From contig JBFLZG010000114.1 of the NCBI GenBank assembly GCA_040756235.1, positions 64,001-128,000 of the forward strand: a stretch of DNA of 64,000 bases, given 5' to 3'. The stretch comes from a bacterium. Lineage in GTDB: Bacteria; Desulfobacterota; DSWW01. This document shows, piece after piece, positions 46,344 through 54,100 of the stretch (the first letter of the stretch is position 1; every line of letters starts with the position of its first letter). Both the position numbers and the translations under genes were made by a program. The notes beneath the pieces are model-generated. The model saw nothing but the letters and a program-made list of their open reading frames with translations. It did not search any database and had not been told where the DNA came from.

Positions 46344-47711
46344 TTGCCGGACCGGCAATGGGCCGCTTTTCTCCCTCTTCTCGCGATCGCAACCGCTCTG
46401 GCGGGGTGCGGCGGAGGCAGCGTCCTGGAAGTGAGCGTCGGCAAGGAGGGCGAGACCATCATCGGCAGCCCCCTTCCCTCCAACATTCAGATCTCCCGGG
46501 TTCAGGGATTGAACCGCTTCGCGTTCGTGATCACGACGGCGCCGCCGCTCGGGATCTTCCGCTACGATTTGAACGCGAGCGCTCCGTACCCGTTCGTCTA
46601 TCTGGACCTTTTCGGCAAGATCGGCGGGGTGCCCGACGAGCTCGTGCTGGTCGACGAGGACCAGGGCCTGTTCACGACCAGCGGAGGCTTTGCCGGACAG
46701 GGCGAGGGGGTCCATCTGTTCGACCCGACCCCTCCGGCTCCGGAGGATTTCGCGCTGCAGGCGAGCGTGCCAGTGTTTCGGGTAGCGCTGGACCCTGCGC
46801 GAACGGATTCCGCCGGCAACCTCGTTTCCGTGATCGACCCTTCCTACACCTCGGGAGCTGCGGTCGTCGGCGGCAAGCTCTATGTCTGCACGTCCAATTT
46901 CACGGCCGTGGGCGGCAACCCGGTCTGCCCGCCGGGCACGGTGCTGGTCTATAGGTGGGACTCGAGCCGGGATCCGCCTTCGATCGCTCCTTCGGACCCG
47001 CCGCACCTCGTGACCACCGCCTTCAACCCGACGGAGGTCACCGCTCTGGATGACCGGATCGTCCTGGTCACCAACAGCGGCGTGCTGGCCATTCGCGAAG
47101 CCCGGGCCGTGCCCCTGACCGAGGCGAGCGTGGACGTGATCGACACCGCCCTGGACTGCGTGGTCGGGACCTACCCGCTGGGGCTGACGGCCCTCTCCTA
47201 CAAGGCCGTCGGCATCACGCCGGACCGCACCAGGGCCCTGGTGGGCAGCGTCGCGTTCAATGCCGTCTATGAGCTTGACCTGACGGTGCTCGCGGACCGG
47301 CCGGAAAGCTGTCCGGACCCGATCCCGCGGCTTGATGGAGCGGTCCTGGCCGGACCCGAGGACCCGATCCTCATCGGCAGCAGCGGCGCGGCCGGTGCGA
47401 GGACGGCCGATTTCGTCGTCCAGGTCGTATTGAGCGAAGATGGAACCCGCGCTTACGCAACGGGATACAACTCCGGGACGCTTTCGGTGCTCGATGTCGA
47501 GCTCGAACCGGGCAGACCGAGCCCGAAGATGCCGGCGCTCGTCCTTGCCCTTACCCCGGCTCTCGACCCGGAGGACCCGACCCAGAAAGACGTGGGTCCG
47601 GGGCCGCTCGCCGTCCGCCCCGGCACGCCCGGGACGGACTTTTCGGGTCCGGATCTGTTTGTCCTCATCGGACTGCCCACCGGCAAGATGTTCGGGGTGA
47701 AGACCTACTGA
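46344..47711 (+). CDS. beta-propeller-like lipoprotein
   Basis: TTG start with AAGAGG RBS; lipobox ALAGC; GKLYVCTSNF, SVDVIDT, ITPD..RA.V, LSEDG.RAY motifs. Confidence 0.72.
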   Translation: MPDRQWAAFLPLLAIATALAGCGGGSVLEVSVGKEGETIIGSPLPSNIQISRVQGLNRFAFVITTAPPLGIFRYDLNASAPYPFVYLDLFGKIGGVPDELVLVDEDQGLFTTSGGFAGQGEGVHLFDPTPPAPEDFALQASVPVFRVALDPARTDSAGNLVSVIDPSYTSGAAVVGGKLYVCTSNFTAVGGNPVCPPGTVLVYRWDSSRDPPSIAPSDPPHLVTTAFNPTEVTALDDRIVLVTNSGVLAIREARAVPLTEASVDVIDTALDCVVGTYPLGLTALSYKAVGITPDRTRALVGSVAFNAVYELDLTVLADRPESCPDPIPRLDGAVLAGPEDPILIGSSGAAGARTADFVVQVVLSEDGTRAYATGYNSGTLSVLDVELEPGRPSPKMPALVLALTPALDPEDPTQKDVGPGPLAVRPGTPGTDFSGPDLFVLIGLPTGKMFGVKTY

Positions 47712-47879
47712 TAAAGCTTGTTGCGGCGCATGCCGACAGAGCCTGTTCCCGTGGCCTCATCCTGACAGCCAGGGCAAAGGTCAAAGGGTTGTAGGTTGAG
47801 GGTTTCGCTCTGCTTTGACCGTTTCCCGTTCTCCTCGACGTGCGGTGGCAGCGAGCCTCTCGGCGCCCTCCTCAATAGT

Positions 47880-48095
47880 TGACCGGTCATTTACAGAAGT
47901 TAATCGACTTCGGATGCTCTGCGCCTCCTCTCCTGATTTTATGACCGGCGAGTGCAACAACCTCACTCCTCTGCGCATCTCATTTCCAGATTATGTCCTC
48001 CTTTAGCCGTCTTGGACGCGCTGCACAAATCCTGATCTCACTTGACTTGTAACCCCGTTTCATCGTATGTTGTGAAAATATAACTGACCGGTCAG
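47880..48095 (+). promoter_or_regulatory. PKS promoter region with two TGACCGGTCA palindromes
   Basis: TGACCGGTCA at 47880-47889; CTGACCGGTCAG at 48084-48095; TTGACT-N18-TATGTT at 48042-48071. Confidence 0.6.
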
Positions 48096-48161
48096 CTTTA
48101 GCGCCTCTAGTTTGCGCTCGTATACGTCTGCTGAAGGGGAACGGAGCGAGGAGGAAGAAGA

Positions 48162-51100
48162 ATGAGCACAGACGAAGCCCGGCAGCTCGGCAAGGCACTG
48201 GACGTCGCGATCGTCGGCCTCGGCGGCATCTTCCCGGATGCACCCGGGATCGGTGCGTTCTGGGCGAACATCCGAGGGGGACGAAACTCCATAGCCGAGA
48301 TCCCCCCGGAGCGGTGGGACCCGCAGGTCTTCTTCCACCCGGATCGCCACGCCCCTGACAAGACCTACTGCAAGATAGGGGCATTCATCCGCGGCTTCAA
48401 ATTCGATCCTCTGCGTTATCAGATCCCGCCCAGGACCGCCAGGCAGATGGACCGGTCCCAGCAACTGGCGATCGCCGCCGTGGAGGAGGCCATTCAGGAT
48501 GCCGGGCTCTGTCGAGAGGTCCTGAGGGAGAAGAGCACCGCGGTGATCCTGGGGAACACACTGGGAGGTGAAAGCATAGACCGTTCCGCCCTGAGGGTCT
48601 ATGCCTCGTGGATGGCCCGGGAGCTGGCCGCCAGAGGGCTGGGCCCGCCCGCAAAGACGAACGGGTCTCTCGAGTCTTCGATTTGCGAGATCCTCGATCA
48701 GCTCGCCCCTGCCCTGAACGAGGATTCCCTGCCGGGCGAGCTGCCCAACGTCATCGCCGGGCGCGTCGCCGCGGTCTTTGACCTCCACGGCCAGAGCTGC
48801 GTCGTGGACGCGGCCTGCGCCTCGGCCATGGCGGCGGTCGCGCAAGCAGTGCGCGTCCTGCGCATGGAAGAGGCGGACCTCGCCATCAGCGGCGGCGTGG
48901 ACAGCAACATGTCTCCTTCGGTGTTCGTGAAGTTCTCCAAGATCGGTGCGCTCTCCCCGGACGGCAGCCGCCCCTTCGACCGGAAGGCGAACGGATTCGT
49001 GATGGGTGAAGGGGCAGGGATCCTCGTCCTGAAGAGGCTGGAAGATGCGATCCGCGACCGGGACCGGATCTACGCCGTGATCAAGGGCGTGGGCGCCTCT
49101 TCGGACGGCAAGGGGAAGGGGATCACGGCACCCAACCCCGAGGGCCAGCGGCGCGCGATCGAGGCAGCCTTCCGCACTGCCGGGATCTGCCCTTCGACCG
49201 TCGGCCTGGTCGAGGCCCATGGCACGGCGACCCCGGTGGGCGACCGTACGGAGCTTTCGGTCCTGGAGGGTTTCTGGAAGTCCGCCGGGGCCGCGTCTCA
49301 GGGGACGGCGATCGGCTCGATCAAGTCCCAGATCGGCCATCTCAAGAGCGCCGCAGGGGCGGCCAGCCTGGTCAAGACGGCCCTGGCGGTCCATCACGGC
49401 ATCCTGCCGCCTTCGATCAACTGCCCCGAGCCCCTCCCGTCCCTGTGCAATGGAAGCCCTTTCTTCATCCCTTCGAGCGAGATGCCCTGGCCATCGGGAG
49501 ACCGGCCCCGGAGGGCCGCCGTTTCCGCTTTCGGTTTCGGAGGTACCAACTTCAGCATCGTGCTGGAGCAGGCCCCGAGCGCCTCTCCTGCCAGGTGCAA
49601 CAAGAACAAGCCGGAAAAGGAGAAATCCATGCCTGTCGAGGTCCGTGCAACCCCCGCCCCCCGGTTTTACCCGATCGTGGCCGCAGATCGGAGCCGTCCC
49701 GCGCTGCGCCGCAAGCTCGAAGATCTGTGCGCGCGCTTCCGCACCTGTGAAGATCTGCGGGAATGGTCGGAGCGGGAGCGGACGCCGGCCGGTTCGGACC
49801 GGTTCCGAGTGGCGCTGGCTGCGGCGACCCCCGAGGATCTTCGCGCGAGGATCCAACCGGTTCTTGCCATGCTGGAAGATCCGAGCAGGGACGAGCTGGC
49901 TGCGGCGAGAGGCATCCATGTCGTTGCAAATCCATGCGGACAGGACGCCAAGGTGGCGTTCCTGTTCCCCGGCCAGGGGTCGCAGTATGCCTTCATGCTG
50001 CACGATCTCAAAGAGACGTATCCGATCGTGCGGAAGACCTTCGAAGAGGCCGATACCGTTCTCGCCGGGCTCTTGGACAGGCCTCTGAGCCGCTACATCT
50101 TTTCCGAGGAGGACCGGGAAGGAGCCGAGGACTACCTGCGTCAGACCCGGATCACCCAACCCGCAGTGCTGGCGGCAGATACCGCTATGTTCCGCCTGCT
50201 CACCTCATTGGGGATCTCTCCCGACATGGTGGCCGGCCATTCGCTGGGCGAGTACGGCGCCTGCGTGGCAGCCGGCGTCCTGAGCTTTCCGGACGCCCTG
50301 CATGCCGTGTCCTTGCGCGGTAAGGCCATGGCGGAGATCGACGTTCCGGATCCCGGGAAGATGGTCGCGGTCGTGGCAGACGAGAGCACCGTTCTTCGCC
50401 TGGCGCAGGGGATCCCCGGCTATCTGGAGATCGCCAACAAGAACGGTCCCCTGCAGATGGTCGTGGCCGGAGAGTCGCAGCCCATACAGGTATTCCAGGA
50501 GAAGTGCGCTCGCGCGGGGATCAACTCGGTCGAGCTGAACGTCTCGGCGGCCTTTCACAGCAAGATCGTGGCCGTGGCCAAGGGCCCCTACGGCAGAGTC
50601 CTCCGGGAGCTCGAGATGCGGCCCCCGCGCATCCCCATCTACGCCAACCTCACGGGAGATCTCTACCCCGCGGACGCAGGAGCGACGGGAAAGATCCTGG
50701 AGCTTCTCAACGAGCAGTTTGCGGCCCCGGTCGAGTGGATCAAGACCATGGAAAACATGTATTCGGACGGCGCGCGGGTCTTCATCGAATGCGGGCCCAA
50801 GAAGGTGCTCTCGAACCTGGCCCGCATGAACCTGGAGGGAAGGCCGGCCCTGGTGCTCGACAGCAACCATCCGAAGAAGCCGGCGCTCGAGCAGCTCTGC
50901 TCCCTGGTCGCTCTGCTGCGCGCAAACGGGCGGGAGGCGCATTGGCCCGGCGGCAACGGATCTTTCCCGCGGGAGATCGGAATCCCGGCTCCGTCGCCAG
51001 CGAGGGTGCCGGCACCGGCGACGGAACAGGCTGCCTCTTCAGCCGCTGGCAAGGAAACCCAACCCGGGCGCAGCCAGAGCTCCCCGAAAGAGCGCAGCCA

Positions 51101-54100
51101 GAGCTCCGGAGCCGGAGGAGCCGCTTTTCCGGTGATGACCGGCTATTCGCTCGGGTTTCCGAGCTTCGAGAGAGGGCTTTTCGACCCCATGAACATGGCC
51201 GAAGTGATGCAAGGAAGGGGCTTCATCAGTCCGCTCTCGGACGAAGAAAGACACAAGGTTCTCGACAAGGGCGTGCGGCGGCTGGAGAAGAAGCCGGACG
51301 GCGAGACGTACTTCCACGACGTCGAAGCCCTCGAAGAGGTGATTCAGCTGGCCGGCATCAAGGGCCCGTTCGACCTGGTCGAGGAGTACGGGGTGGACGA
51401 GCGTCTGGCCAAGTACATGGATGCAAGCTCCAAGATGGCCATTGCTGCGGCCCTGGAGGCGCTCCGGGACGCGGGCATCCCCCTGGTGAGGAGCTACAAG
51501 CGGACCAAGTCAGGCCGCCTGCTCCCCGGGCAGTGGATGCTTCCCGAATCGCTCCGCGACGAAACCGGAGTGATCTTCGCTTCCGCCCTTCCCAACGGCG
51601 ACACCCTGGTCGAGGAGGTCACGGCGTACCTGAAGGCCAAGCTCAACGCCCATGCGCGCAAGCTGTGGGTGGACTCCGTTTCCTCGATCCTTCCCAAGCT
51701 GCGCGACCCGGATGCGCGGGATCTGATCGGCCAGTGGTTTTCGGAGACGTTCGCCCAGCTGAAGAGCGAGATCGGGGACGACGCGTACCACATCACGGAC
51801 GGGTTCCTTTTCAAGGCCTGCACCCTCGGACATGCCCAGGTGGCGCAGTACGTGGGAGCGCGAGGGCCGAACACCAACGTCAACGGCGCCTGCGCCTCGA
51901 TGGCCCAGGCCGTCATCATTGCCCGGGATTGGATCGTCACGGGAAGGGCCAAGAGGGTCCTCGTCGTGGGGGCGGACGACTCCACGAATCAGACTCTTCT
52001 GCAGTGGGTCGGCACCGGGTTTCTGGCCTCCGGCGCGGCGAGCACGAAAGCCCGCGTCGAAGAGGCCGCGCTCCCCTTCGACAATCGGCGCAATGGGATG
52101 ATCCTGGGCAGCGGTGCGGTGGGGGTGGTCCTCGAGGCAGACGAGGAGGCCGAGCATCGCGGCGTGAAGCCGGTCGCGAGGCTGATCGAGACCGAGTTCG
52201 CCAACAGTGCCTATCACGTGTCCCGGCTGGAGGTCGACCACATCGCGGCCGTGATGGAGAGGATGATCTCCCGCTGGGAACGCGAGTCGGGCGGAGACCG
52301 GCACGCGCTAGCCCGGGACCTGATTTTCATGTCTCACGAGACCTACACGCCCAAGAGAGGGGGCAGCGCCCAGGCGGAGGTGGAAGCGTTGAAACGCGTC
52401 TTCGGCCCGGCACACAAGGACATCCTGATCACCAACGTGAAGGGCTATACCGGACACCCTCTGGGGGGTGGACTGGAGGAGGGGGTCGTGCTGGCCTGTC
52501 TGGAGCAGGGCCAGGTGCCGCCGCTGCCGAACTTCCGGGAAGTCGATCCGGAGTTGGGTGAGCTCAATTACAGCAAGGGAGGCCCCCACAAGTTCAAGCA
52601 TGCGCTCCGTCTGGCCGCGGGCTTCGGCTCCCAGATCTGCCTCACGCTCGTGGAGTACGCGGGTCGAACCCCGGACGATAAGGTCCTCCCTCGTTACCAG
52701 GAGTGGCTGCGGGAGGTGGTGGGAAGCCCCCGGGTCGAGCTGGAGGTCGTCAAGAATGTCCTCCGGGTGGCGGAAAACGGCTCGGATCAGAAGGAGGCCC
52801 CGAGCGATTCTCCTGCTGCACCCGCTGCGGCGGCTTCGATTCCCGCCGCACGGCCGGACCCGGTTCCGCCGACCCGGGCGGCGCAGCCGCAGGAGGGACC
52901 GCGGGCACCTTCCCGGCGCGAACCCGTAGAGAAGCCCGGCAGATCGGCAACTGGCGAACAGGACGTACTCGAAGAGGTCATCGGCGCGCAGTCAGGCCCG
53001 CAGCCGATCAACGGTGAGAATGCGGTTGCCGAGGCGGTGCTGTCCTTGGTCGCGGAGAAGACCGGGTACCCTCCTGACATGCTGGATCTCGACCTGGATC
53101 TGGAGGCCGACCTGGGGATCGACACGATCAAGCAGGCCGAGCTGTTCGGCGAGATCCGCAAGGCGTTCGCCCTGCCTCCGGCCGAGGGGCTCAAGATCGC
53201 CGACTTCCCGACGCTCAGGCGCGTCATCCAATGGGCCGAGGGCCGGCTGGCCGCTAACCTTCCAACCGCTCCACTCCCACCGGCTCAACTCACCGATCCG
53301 GTGCGGGAAGTAGATTCTTCGAAAGCGGCCCCGCAGCCGCTGCCGGGGCAGGTCCGAACAACAACAGAGGCACCCGCCGGGAAGCAAGACCTGCTGCTTC
53401 CCGCGGCCGAGCCGAAGGGCGCCGCAGAAGGGGAGGTTACAGCGTCGATCCTCTCGATGGTCGCGGAAAAGACCGGGTACCCTCCCGACATGCTGGATCT
53501 CGACCTGGATCTGGAGGCCGACCTGGGGATCGATACGATCAAGCAGGCCGAGCTGTTCGGCGAGATCCGCAAGGCGTTCGCCCTGCCTCCGGCCGAGGGG
53601 CTCAAGATCGCCGACTTTCCCACGCTGCGGCGCATCGTCCGCTGGGTCGAGGGCCGGATCGCCGAATCCGCCGGGTCCGCCGGACCCGGGGAGGCCGGGC
53701 AGCAGGCCGTTGCCAGCGAAACCGGGGGACCCTCCCTCTCGATGATCGATACGCTCGTTCCCGTTCCGGTCGACCTGCCTGACGTGTCAAAAGAGTCTCC
53801 CGTGCCGGAACCCGGGTGCGTGCTCCTGGCCGGCGGCCCGGAGGAGCTGTGCATTCTCCTCTCCCGGAGCCTCCAGGCGCGCGGGATTCGGTGCGTGAGG
53901 GCGGCCAGAGACGTTCTCCTTCAGGACGACTCCTGGCTCCGGGGGCTTGCCGGGACCCCTGAAGCGGGGGTCGTCAACCTGCTCGGCCTGGAGCCGGGGC
54001 CGCAATCGGTCTACGCCACGTTCGCTCTGAACCGGGCACTGGCCGCGCAGCACGAGGTGACGCCTACCCGGATCCTGGCGGTCATCGCCATGGGCGGATC

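Noticed and set aside
53124..53537. ACP Thr codons as a sequencing error or pseudogenisation
   Set aside because: The same ACG occurs in two copies that differ elsewhere, and the 8.9-kb frame and catalytic motifs are intact. Not fully excluded without reads or homologues.
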